64,000 bases of DNA from Dehalococcoidia bacterium (GTDB lineage: Bacteria; Chloroflexota; Dehalococcoidia; Bin125). The DNA lies in contig OY820591.1 of the NCBI GenBank assembly GCA_963555985.3, positions 3,040,001 through 3,104,000 of the forward strand, read 5' to 3'. Below are positions 9,550 through 17,979 of the stretch, piece by piece (position 1 is the first letter of the stretch; every line of letters starts with the position of its first letter). The notes under the pieces are model-generated. The model made no database searches and was not told the DNA's origin. It worked only from the letters and a program-made list of their open reading frames with translations. The translations under genes were made by a program, and so were the position numbers.

Positions 9550-10431
9550 ATGACCGACTTCGAGAACATCCTCTACGAGGTACGCGACCGTAAGGCCTAT
9601 GTGACGCTCAACCGACCAGAAAAGCTGAACGCCCTCTCGATCGCCCTCCAGGACGAACTCTCTGAGGCAATGTGGGAGGCGGACAACGACACCGGCGTCC
9701 ACTGCGTGATCCTCAGCGGGGCCGGACGCGCGTTCTCCGCCGGCTACGACCTGACCGGTTCGACCCGCGACTCGCAGGAGACCTACGACAAGGTCTACCG
9801 CGGCCGCGTCAGCTTCGACGACGACACCTGGGGCATGGAGAAGGCCCAGCGCGCGCGGATGGCCATCTTCGACATGCACAAGCCGGTGATCGGCAAGGTG
9901 CATGGCTACTGCCTCGCCGGCGGCACCGACCTCGTGCTGCTCTCGGACATCATCATCGCCGCCGAGGACGCCGTGATCGGCTTTCCGCCCGTCCGCGCGA
10001 TGGGCGCTCCGCCGGCGCACATGTGGCTCTACCACGGCGGGCCGCAGTTCGCCAAGCGGATGCTGCTGACCGGCGACTCAATCTCGGGCGCTGAAGCGGC
10101 GCGGCGCGGCCTGGTCTACGACGCGGTGCCCGCCGACCAGCTCAACGACACCGTCGAGGAACTCGCCGACAAGATGGCGATGATCGACCACGAGTTGCTT
10201 TCCGCGAACAAGCGGATCGTCAACCTCGGGCTCGAAATCATGGGCGCGCGCACGCTCCAGCGGCTCGCCTCCGAGAACGACGCCCGGGCTCACCTCGCGC
10301 CTGCCGTCCAGGAATTCGGCAAGATGTCGCGCGAGAAAGGCCTCAAAGCCGCGCTCGAATGGCGCGACAACAAGTTCGGCGACGGGCGTGGATCCACCGC
10401 AGCGCAGCAGCGCAAGGCGGCAGCGACGTAG
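9550..10431 (+). CDS. Enoyl-CoA hydratase/isomerase (crotonase) family protein
   Basis: TLNRPEKLNAL, AFSAGYDL, KPVIGKVHGYCLAGG. Confidence 0.93.
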   Translation: MTDFENILYEVRDRKAYVTLNRPEKLNALSIALQDELSEAMWEADNDTGVHCVILSGAGRAFSAGYDLTGSTRDSQETYDKVYRGRVSFDDDTWGMEKAQRARMAIFDMHKPVIGKVHGYCLAGGTDLVLLSDIIIAAEDAVIGFPPVRAMGAPPAHMWLYHGGPQFAKRMLLTGDSISGAEAARRGLVYDAVPADQLNDTVEELADKMAMIDHELLSANKRIVNLGLEIMGARTLQRLASENDARAHLAPAVQEFGKMSREKGLKAALEWRDNKFGDGRGSTAAQQRKAAAT

Positions 10432-10437
10432 GTCATC

Positions 10438-11244
10438 ATGGCTACTCCCGACCGATTCCGACTCGACGGTCAGGTCGTCCTGCTCACCGGAGCAGGACGC
10501 GGCCTCGGCCGCGCCATGGCAATGTCCTATGCCGACGCCGGGGCCAAGGTCGCCGGCGCCTCGCGTACGTTGTCGCAGCTTGAAGAGACCGCCGCCCTCG
10601 TCGCCGAACGCGGCGGCGAGGCGATTTCGATCGCCACCGACGTCACCGACCCGCAGGCCGTCCAGGCGATGGTCGACGCCACGCTTGATCACTTCGGGCG
10701 CGTCGACATCCTGATCAACAACGCCGGCGGCGGCGCTGAGGGCGATGGCTCGCCGCTGGAGCAACTGACCGACGAGCAGTGGCGCTGGGGCATCGACATG
10801 AACCTCACCTCGCAGATGCTCTGCGCCCGCGCCGTCCTCCCCCACATGACCGAGCGCGGCTCGGGCGTGATCATCAACGTCGCCAGCGGGTTCGGTCTGC
10901 GCGGCGGCCGCGACAACTGGATGTACGTCTCGGCCAAGGCTGGCGTGGTCAACCTCACGCGCTCGCTGGCGGTGACGTATGGTCCCGCCGGCGTCCGCAC
11001 CAACTGCATCGCGCCTGGCATCTTCCCTCACACCGAGCAGGCGCTCGCGCGTTGGCGCGGCGGACGCTTCATCCCCGTCGGGCGCGTGGGACTGGCCTGG
11101 GAGATGGGCCCGCTCGCGGTCTTCCTCTCCTCCGACGCCGCCGCCGGCATCAACGGCGAGACGATCGCCCAGGACGGCGGCGGACTCGCCATGATCGGCC
11201 CGACCGGATGGGCCCCGAACGTCCCTCTCACGGAGCCGGTCTGA
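10438..11244 (+). CDS. SDR family oxidoreductase (canonical)
   Basis: TGAGRGLG, NNAGG, YVSAK. Confidence 0.92.
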   Translation: MATPDRFRLDGQVVLLTGAGRGLGRAMAMSYADAGAKVAGASRTLSQLEETAALVAERGGEAISIATDVTDPQAVQAMVDATLDHFGRVDILINNAGGGAEGDGSPLEQLTDEQWRWGIDMNLTSQMLCARAVLPHMTERGSGVIINVASGFGLRGGRDNWMYVSAKAGVVNLTRSLAVTYGPAGVRTNCIAPGIFPHTEQALARWRGGRFIPVGRVGLAWEMGPLAVFLSSDAAAGINGETIAQDGGGLAMIGPTGWAPNVPLTEPV

Positions 11245-12050
11245 TGCCCGACGAATTTGTACCCACTCCCAATCCCGAGCCGGCCGACGATCCGTTCCGC
11301 CTGAGCGGACGCGCGGGGCTCGTGGTCGGCGCGGGCGACCCGCTCGGGCGCGCCGCTGCGGTTGCTCTCGCTGAAGCCGGCGCGGATGTCGCCGTCGCCA
11401 GTCTGCGCGCCGGACCGCAAGAGGTCATGCGGGTCAACTCAGTCGCCAACGAGGTCTGGTCGCTGGGACGCGGCAATGCCGCAATCACGCTCGATGCAAC
11501 CTCTCCCGCCAGCGTCGATGCAGCCGTCGGGCGGGTGCTCTCCGAGTTCGGGCGGCTCGACATCCTCGTCAACGCTGCCGATCTCGTGGCCGCGGCTCCG
11601 CTCGAAGCACTCTCACCGGCCGACTGGGATGCCATTCTCGGCGCGAACCTGATCGGCCCGGCGCTCGTCGCGCGAGCCGCCGCCGCCCCGATGAAAGAAG
11701 TCGGCTACGGACGGATCATTAATCTGGTCAGTGTGCTCGCCGCGCGCGGCGTCGCCAACACCACCGCCTACGCCGCCGCGCACGGCGGCTTGCTCTCACT
11801 GAGCCGTGCGCTCTCCCAGGAGTGGGCGCGAACCGGCATCACGGTGAACACAATCCAGGTCGGCATCTACGAGGGTCAACACGGCTTCGGCGAGGGCGAC
11901 GCAGCCCAATCCGTCTCGCGGATGCTCCCCGCCAAAGCGCTCGTCAAGCCCGCCGACGTCGGCGCAGCGGTCGTCGGGCTGGCCTCCGACAGCGGTTTCA
12001 TCACCGGCGAAACTCTCGCGGTTGACGGCGCCGCCACCGCCCGCGTCTGA
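11244..12050 (+). CDS. SDR-fold protein with degenerate catalytic motif
   Basis: TGATG coupling to the upstream SDR; VGAGDPLG; YAAAH replaces YxxxK; FITGETLAVDG. Confidence 0.85.
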   Translation: MPDEFVPTPNPEPADDPFRLSGRAGLVVGAGDPLGRAAAVALAEAGADVAVASLRAGPQEVMRVNSVANEVWSLGRGNAAITLDATSPASVDAAVGRVLSEFGRLDILVNAADLVAAAPLEALSPADWDAILGANLIGPALVARAAAAPMKEVGYGRIINLVSVLAARGVANTTAYAAAHGGLLSLSRALSQEWARTGITVNTIQVGIYEGQHGFGEGDAAQSVSRMLPAKALVKPADVGAAVVGLASDSGFITGETLAVDGAATARV

Positions 12051-12091
12051 GCTGGAATTCGATACGCTCATTCCCTGAGGGGTGGTTCCGT

Positions 12092-12652
12092 ATGGGCCAG
12101 ATGATGGAGTTCGCCTTCGAAGAGCATCGGATCGCCGATGCAGCCTGTTATTTGCTATCGCGCTATGACGGGCCGATGTCCTATCTGAAACTGTCCAAAC
12201 TGTTGTATCTCGCCGATCGCAAGTCGCTGCTTGCGCAAGGTGCGACCGTCACTCGTGATCGCTTGGTTGCGCTGGCGGACGGCCCAGCAGTAGAGCAAGT
12301 GCTGAAGCTGGCAAGGGGGCACGAACTGCCTGCGAACTCGTGTTGGCCTCAACATGTCACGCCGTCCGAGCACGGCTGCGTTGGCGCAGTTGGTCATGGG
12401 GAATTGGGTTGGCTGCCGGAGTTCTCGCGGCGCATGATCAACGAGGTCATGGCTGAATACGGCTCGCTGACCGACGCCGAATTGATCGAACTCACCCGCG
12501 GGCTTCCGGAATGGGAAGCGCCGCAGGCCGGCTCGTGTCTGATCGATCCGGCGGCGATCATGCGGTTGGAAGGTGTACCGGAAGAAGACATCGCCGAGGC
12601 GGCCAGTCTTGCCGCAGCGCACCTGGAGTTGATGCTGACCGTGAGGGAATGA
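12092..12652 (+). CDS. Panacea (DUF4065/SocA-like) antitoxin domain protein
   Basis: MSYLKLSKLLYLADRKSL...GP...YG.LT..ELIELT..LPEW pattern. Confidence 0.8.
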   Translation: MGQMMEFAFEEHRIADAACYLLSRYDGPMSYLKLSKLLYLADRKSLLAQGATVTRDRLVALADGPAVEQVLKLARGHELPANSCWPQHVTPSEHGCVGAVGHGELGWLPEFSRRMINEVMAEYGSLTDAELIELTRGLPEWEAPQAGSCLIDPAAIMRLEGVPEEDIAEAASLAAAHLELMLTVRE

Positions 12653-13044
12653 TCAGGATCGGTGATACCTTCTTTGGCTCAGTCTTTGGCCGTGACCCCG
12701 ATGGCCACCTCTGGGTCGTCATCAGCGAACCCACGCCTGAAGGCTGGATCGCAGTCGTGAACGTGACCACGCACCGTCCGGGCCGCCTTTGGCATGACGA
12801 GTCTTGCGTCCTCGTGCGCCCCGGCGACCATCCCTTTCTTGTGCGCGAGAGTTGCATCGCCTACCTCTACGCCGACCTGACGATGGTCGCGGAGCTTGAG
12901 CGCAAGCTCGGGCATGAACTCGATCCGCGCGAGCCTGTTCCGCAGCGGCAGTTACAGCGAATTCAAGACGGTGCGCTGGCCTCCCTCAATGTGGCGCCCA
13001 ACGTCAAGTCTGTCATCCGCGCGAGTCGTGAAGCGGATTCGTAG
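12649..13044 (+). CDS. Hypothetical protein, possible PemK/MazF-like toxin
   Basis: ATGA overlap with the Panacea gene; IGDTF...HLWVVIS...VVNVTT...GDHPFL.RESCIAY. Confidence 0.6.
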   Translation: MIRIGDTFFGSVFGRDPDGHLWVVISEPTPEGWIAVVNVTTHRPGRLWHDESCVLVRPGDHPFLVRESCIAYLYADLTMVAELERKLGHELDPREPVPQRQLQRIQDGALASLNVAPNVKSVIRASREADS

Positions 13045-13069
13045 CTGATCCGCCGATTCCTCTCGCCGT

Positions 13070-14458
13070 TCACTCCCCCGACAGCGCCTCAATCACCGCC
13101 TGACGCTCAGACTCACCGCCCCTCGGGGGAATGCTGAAGCCGCCCGAGATATCGACATCGTGCCAGTCCGCTGCAGCTCGAACCGCGTCAACGTCCAGGT
13201 CTTCGCTGTAGCGTTCCCAGATCACGAGCAAACGCTCGATGAAGCGCGGGCCATGCCTGGGCGCGAGATAGTACCGGCTCGCTGCATCCAGCTCCGCCGA
13301 GAGGCGAAGCATCGCGTGCGCGGCTTCGTGCAGCACGACGGCCGCGGTCATGCCGGCCGGAGCCAATTCGATCGTGTGCGATTCCGAGTTGTACATGCCG
13401 ATGTAATCCGTATCGCTCGGCGCGGCGGCGACGGCCGGCGGTTCCGTCGTGTCGCCGTAGAAATCCCGATAGAGCGCCTGCACGATCCGTGCAGCCTGAC
13501 CCATTGTGATTCGCTCCGACCAGCGCGGCGGCAGGTGGTTTGCGACCACTTCCTGCTCCCAGTCGTAGCTCTGGTACTGCTGGTTGTCGACCGGGTCGTC
13601 CGGCTCCGGTGGGTGTGCGACCCAGAGCACCCAGCGCAGGCGCGTTCCGGCGGCGTCGCAGCCGCCCGCCTCCTGCTCCTGCTGCCAGACGCTGTGGAAA
13701 CCGTGCAGCAATCGAACCTCTCCGCATTGGTTTTCCAGCAGCGCGCCGTCCACTGCCGCGCTGACGTTGCCCTCCACGACTCTTGCTTCCAATACTCCGC
13801 CTTCGCTGTGATACGGGATCGCCAGCGTCGTGCCCGCCTGCCACGCGCGCTCGTCAGCCCGATCGAGGTCGCAGATTCTCCCCGCCGAGAGTGAGCGCCA
13901 GTCGCCGCGGCCGCTCGCTTCGGGGCGCAGGTCGAGCCTCAATTCGGCGCAAGCGCCCTCGATCCGCAGGGCCGCCCGGAGCAGCATCGGCCTCGAATCG
14001 CCGGGCGTGATCTCGAACTGCGGCCCCGTGTCTGTGCAGCCTGCGGCGGCTGTGGGCGCGGCTACGGTCAGCTTCGACTCGGCACCGACGCCAAGTAGCA
14101 GGACGCCGCACTCAGGCTCGACCGCCTGACGCGACGCTCCTTCCAAGCCGAAGCCGGCCCCGCCTGCCCCGATCCTGACCACGCCGAGCGCCTCAACTGC
14201 AACTTCCGAACTCTCCCACCAACCCTCCCCCGCGTCGGCGAGTTGCAACTCGTGCTTCTGCGGCAGCACACGCGCATATGAGACTGACTCGGAACCGCGA
14301 AATTCCAGGCCGACCGCCAGCGAATCTTCTCCCATACGGCTGACGACGACTCGCGCCTCAGCCGCCGATCCCGCATCCGGTACGGCGTCCCCGCCGCAGG
14401 CGACCGCGATCCCCAGGATCGCAATCAAGATCGCTCCAAGCGGCACGCGCCTAAGCAC
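13070..14458 (-). CDS. Putative lipoprotein with C-terminal HEXXH zinc metallopeptidase-like domain
   Basis: Lipobox-like IAVAC; VVLHEAAHAML followed by HGPRF. Confidence 0.7.
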   Translation of the reverse strand: MLRRVPLGAILIAILGIAVACGGDAVPDAGSAAEARVVVSRMGEDSLAVGLEFRGSESVSYARVLPQKHELQLADAGEGWWESSEVAVEALGVVRIGAGGAGFGLEGASRQAVEPECGVLLLGVGAESKLTVAAPTAAAGCTDTGPQFEITPGDSRPMLLRAALRIEGACAELRLDLRPEASGRGDWRSLSAGRICDLDRADERAWQAGTTLAIPYHSEGGVLEARVVEGNVSAAVDGALLENQCGEVRLLHGFHSVWQQEQEAGGCDAAGTRLRWVLWVAHPPEPDDPVDNQQYQSYDWEQEVVANHLPPRWSERITMGQAARIVQALYRDFYGDTTEPPAVAAAPSDTDYIGMYNSESHTIELAPAGMTAAVVLHEAAHAMLRLSAELDAASRYYLAPRHGPRFIERLLVIWERYSEDLDVDAVRAAADWHDVDISGGFSIPPRGGESERQAVIEALSGE

Positions 14459-14513
14459 CGACTGCCTCCGTCCCTCCGACAGTTACCCTAATCCCGAACG
14501 CCCACCTACGGAG

Positions 14514-15938
14514 ATGACGCACATGGCTCTGCCCACCGATTCCTGGGGACACCCGCTGACCGCCAATCCCGCCGCCGCTGAGGCCTACCGCGACGGTGTC
14601 GACCGGATGCTCGCCTACCTGCCCGAGGTGGAGGAATCGCTGGAGCGCGCGATCGAGCTCGATCCCAGCTTCGCGCTGCCCCATAGCCAACTCGGACTCT
14701 TCTATCTCTTCCGCGGCAACCCCAAGCGTGCCAGCGAACTCGCGGAGGAGGCAGCCAATCTCGCCGACCGCGCCAGCGAGCGTGAGCGCAGCCATGTCGC
14801 CATCCTCGGCGCGAGCGTGCGCGGTCAAGGCTCCAAAGCGCCCGAATGGATTGACCAACATCTGCGCGACTATCCCAGCGACGCACCCGTTTTAATGCAG
14901 TGGTTCGGAGCCAACTTCTACAACGGCGGACCGAACAAGCGCGAGCGGATGCTCGAACAGTTCGACCGGCTCGCCCCGCACTACGGCGACGACTGGTGGT
15001 TCCTCGGCTGGCACGCCTTCGCCAACCACGAGTCCGACCAGCTCGAAATCGCACGTGTGCTGGTCGAACGCAGCGCCGAACTGCGCCGCGAAAACGGTCA
15101 GGCCGCCCATGCAATGGCGCACGTCTTCTTCGAGGAGCACGATGTCGAAGGCGGCTCCGGCTGGCTCGGCGACTGGCTGACCGATCATCCCCACCGCGCC
15201 GGCTTCCACCGCCATCTCACCTGGCACCAGGCCCTCTTCCTGCTCGCCAACGGACGCCGCAGCGACGCGCTCGAACTGCACGACGACATCATCCGCCCCG
15301 GCGCTGACCCGCACGGCGACGCGCTCGGCGGCGTCGCCGATTCCGCCTCCTTGCTCTGGCGCTGCCGCCTCCACGACGGCGACGAAGCCTTCGACTGGCG
15401 AGCCATCGCCGATCTCGCCGACGGCGCATTCCCCAAGCCCGGCGTCGCCTGGGTCGACGTCCATCGCGCGATGGCGCTGGCGGCATTGGGAGACGAGGTC
15501 GGTCTGGGCAAGCTGCTCGACGGACTCTCCGAGGCCGCCAAGCGCGGACACGCCATCGCCGGCGAAGTCGTCGCCCCGACCGTAGAGGCGCTCTCCGCCT
15601 TCGGACAGGGCGACTACGCTACCGCCGCCGACGGTCTGGATGCCGTCCGCGATCGCCTGGTCGAACTCGGAGGCTCCAACGCCCAGCGCGACGTCTTCGA
15701 AGAAACCCTGGTCGAAGCCCACCTGAGAGCCAGGAATCTTGAGCGAGCGTTTGAACTGCTCAACGACCGCCTCAGTGGCGGCGCAACCGCGCGCGACCTC
15801 TTCCGCCTCGGCCGCGCCCAGACCGCGCAGGGTCAGCTCGAAGCCGCCAAAACCTCCTTCCGCCAAGCCCGAGACCTCTGGCAAGACGCCGATCCCAATG
15901 CCGCCGACGTCCAAGCCCTCCGCGAGGCCGCCGCATGA
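14514..15938 (+). CDS. TPR protein, TTC38-like
   Basis: AAHAMAHVFFE, HLTWHQALF, DSASLLWR, LGGSNAQRDVF motifs. Confidence 0.8.
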   Translation: MTHMALPTDSWGHPLTANPAAAEAYRDGVDRMLAYLPEVEESLERAIELDPSFALPHSQLGLFYLFRGNPKRASELAEEAANLADRASERERSHVAILGASVRGQGSKAPEWIDQHLRDYPSDAPVLMQWFGANFYNGGPNKRERMLEQFDRLAPHYGDDWWFLGWHAFANHESDQLEIARVLVERSAELRRENGQAAHAMAHVFFEEHDVEGGSGWLGDWLTDHPHRAGFHRHLTWHQALFLLANGRRSDALELHDDIIRPGADPHGDALGGVADSASLLWRCRLHDGDEAFDWRAIADLADGAFPKPGVAWVDVHRAMALAALGDEVGLGKLLDGLSEAAKRGHAIAGEVVAPTVEALSAFGQGDYATAADGLDAVRDRLVELGGSNAQRDVFEETLVEAHLRARNLERAFELLNDRLSGGATARDLFRLGRAQTAQGQLEAAKTSFRQARDLWQDADPNAADVQALREAAA

Positions 15939-16294
15939 CTCGTAGCTGCGCCCAGATTCAGCCCGCCACTCCCCGCCCAGACATCCTCGTTGAGGAAGAT
16001 GTTGGCGCGGATCGTGAGAGCGAGCTGGAAAAGCGCTACCACCTCTTCCTCCACGACTCTGACGACCACACCTACGAATACGTGATCGAAATGCTCGGAG
16101 CCGTCTTCGGCTACAGCAAGGAAAAAGCGTTCGCCATCGCCTCAATGATCGACGGTCACGGCCGAGGAATCGTCGAAACCGCCGACTACAACACAGTCAA
16201 GGATCACCAGGATCAGATCCACGGCTGGGGCCCCGATCCGAGGATCGCCCACTGCAAGGGGTCGCTCTCAGCGACGATCGAGGAAGCGCCGTAG
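15935..16294 (+). CDS. clpS: ATP-dependent Clp protease adaptor, ClpS family
   Basis: YHLFLHDSDDHTYEYVIEML..VFG.S.EKA..IA..ID..GR.IV; ends LSATIEEA. Confidence 0.8.
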   Translation: MTRSCAQIQPATPRPDILVEEDVGADRESELEKRYHLFLHDSDDHTYEYVIEMLGAVFGYSKEKAFAIASMIDGHGRGIVETADYNTVKDHQDQIHGWGPDPRIAHCKGSLSATIEEAP

Positions 16295-16329
16295 TTCCTG
16301 TACACATCGGCGGTCGCCAATCCGAGACT

Positions 16330-16428
16330 CCGTCATTGCCGCGCTCCGCCGCGGCAATCTCGCTGCGTTCTGCACCGACGTCCGTGCTCGACTCAGCGAG
16401 ATACCCGCGGCAAGCGCGGGTATGACGG
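16330..16428. repeat. REP/REPIN-like palindromic element, family B (CCGTCA...TGACGG)
   Basis: ccgtcattgccgcgctccgccgcggcaatctcg...cgagatacccgcggcaagcgcgggtatgacgg; homologs at 35309 and 52238. Confidence 0.85.
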
Positions 16429-16505
16429 AAGAGGCGCGGGGTCAGAGGGATCCGGCCAGAGTTCGGCTACCCTCCCACCAATCCAACCCGCCAAAGGAAC
16501 CACCA

Positions 16506-17834
16506 ATGGTCCGACTCTCCGACCTCCACCCCGAAGAAGCCCAGGGTATGCGCAACGCGATCCAGCGCTTCGCGCAGTTCGACATCGGCACGACTCCCTG
16601 GCTCACTCCGCCCCCGCTGGCGGAATCCAAGATCGCGCTGGTCACGACCGCTGCACTCCACCGCCGCGACGACCGCCCCTTCCGCTTCGGCGACCACGGC
16701 TACCGCCTGATCCCCGACGACATCGACCCCGCCGAGCTCGTCCAGACTCACGTCAGCGTCAACTTCGACCGCACCCACTTCCAACGCGACCACAACGTCG
16801 TCCTGCCGCTCGATCGGCTGCATGAACTGGTCGAGCTGGGCGAAGTCGGGGTTGCCTCCGAGTGGCACTACTCGGTGCAGGGCGCAAGTCCAAACCCGGC
16901 CGCGTTCGCGCAGGCCGGCGCGGACATCGCCCGCCGCATGGTCGACTCGGGCGTCGCCAGCGCGCTGCTCGTACCGGTTTGACCGGCCTGCACGAGCGCC
17001 GTCGGCGCCCTCTCACACTTCCTCCAGCAACACGGAATCGCCACCACCGGCATCAGCCTGATCCGCGAACACACCGAGGTGTTCAAGCCGCCGCGCGCGC
17101 TCTGGGTTCCGTTCCCGCTCGGACGGCCCCTCGGCATCGCCGACGATCCCGACTTCCAGCGCGACGTGCTCCGCAGCGCACTAGGCCTCCTGGAGACTGC
17201 GACCGAGCCCACGATCGCGGACTACCCCCAGGACGCGCCCGACGGCGGCGGAGACGGTGTCTGGGCTTGCTCCATCGCCTTGCCGCAACCTGAGTTGAGC
17301 GATCTCGAATCCGCTCTACGCGCCGAGGTCGATCTGCTCACCCCCTGGTACGACGAGGCGCGCCGACGCCGAGGCCGAACCACCGTCGGCATCAGCGGCG
17401 CGACGCCCGAGCAAATCGACGACGTCGTGTCGTTCATCGTCGCCATCGCCGAGGGCTCCGGGTTCAGCGAAGTTCCCGCCGCCGCAACCGCTCCCAACTG
17501 GACCCACAAGATGCCGCTGCTGACTCGCTTTGTGGTCGAAGACCTGCGCGCCTTCTACCAGGAGGCCGTCACCTCGCAGCCCGGTTCGGGCGCGCCCTCA
17601 CAGCACGACATGCACAGCTGGATTTTCGAAGAAACCGCGCTCGGCGAAGCGATCCGGCAGGTCGGTCAGCAGATCACCGACGCAGGCGAACCGCGCCTGA
17701 TGCGGATGCGAGGCTTCATCGTCCCCGAGGGCTTCTGGAAGGGCGAGGTCTCCTGGGGCCGTCCGCCCGAAGGCGTCCACCCGATCGACTTCATTCGCAG
17801 CGCCATCCCCTATCTAGTCGGCGAAGAGGCGTGA
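16506..17834 (+). CDS. Selenoprotein, D-proline/glycine reductase selenoprotein B (PrdB/GrdB)-like, with C-terminal extension; TGA at 16980-16982 read as Sec
   Basis: ORFs 16422-16982 and 17079-17834 are in the same frame and separated only by one TGA. Read-through gives LLVPV-U-PACTSAVG...GIATTGISLIREHTEVFKPPRALWVPFPLGRPLG (UxxC). N-terminal part has IALVTTAALH and DHNVVLPLDRLHEL. Confidence 0.88.
16994..17012 (+). promoter_or_regulatory. Candidate bacterial SECIS hairpin
   Basis: gagcgcc-GTC-ggcgccctc stem-loop; the G-initiated apical loop starts 19 nt after the UGA. Confidence 0.6.
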
Positions 17835-17843
17835 GCCCACGAT

Positions 17844-17895
17844 CCTCTCCCCCCGCAGTGCGGGGGGAGATGTCACGAAGTGACAGAGGGGGGTC
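17844..17895 (+). repeat. REP-like palindromic element, family A (forward)
   Basis: cctctccccccgcagtgcggggggagatgtcacgaagtgacagaggggggtc: two adjacent hairpins. Confidence 0.85.
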
Positions 17896-17979
17896 CGGCA
17901 AGACACCCGATAGACCGCCGCTGCAAGCGATCGCTAGGCTCACTCCACCCCGCGCCGACCGCGCCAGCGAGAATCCGCC

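Noticed and set aside
16422-17834. Two separate genes or a nonsense pseudogene
   Set aside because: The stop is a TGA exactly at the UxxC position and is followed by a SECIS-like hairpin; the 16422 start lies inside a REP element.
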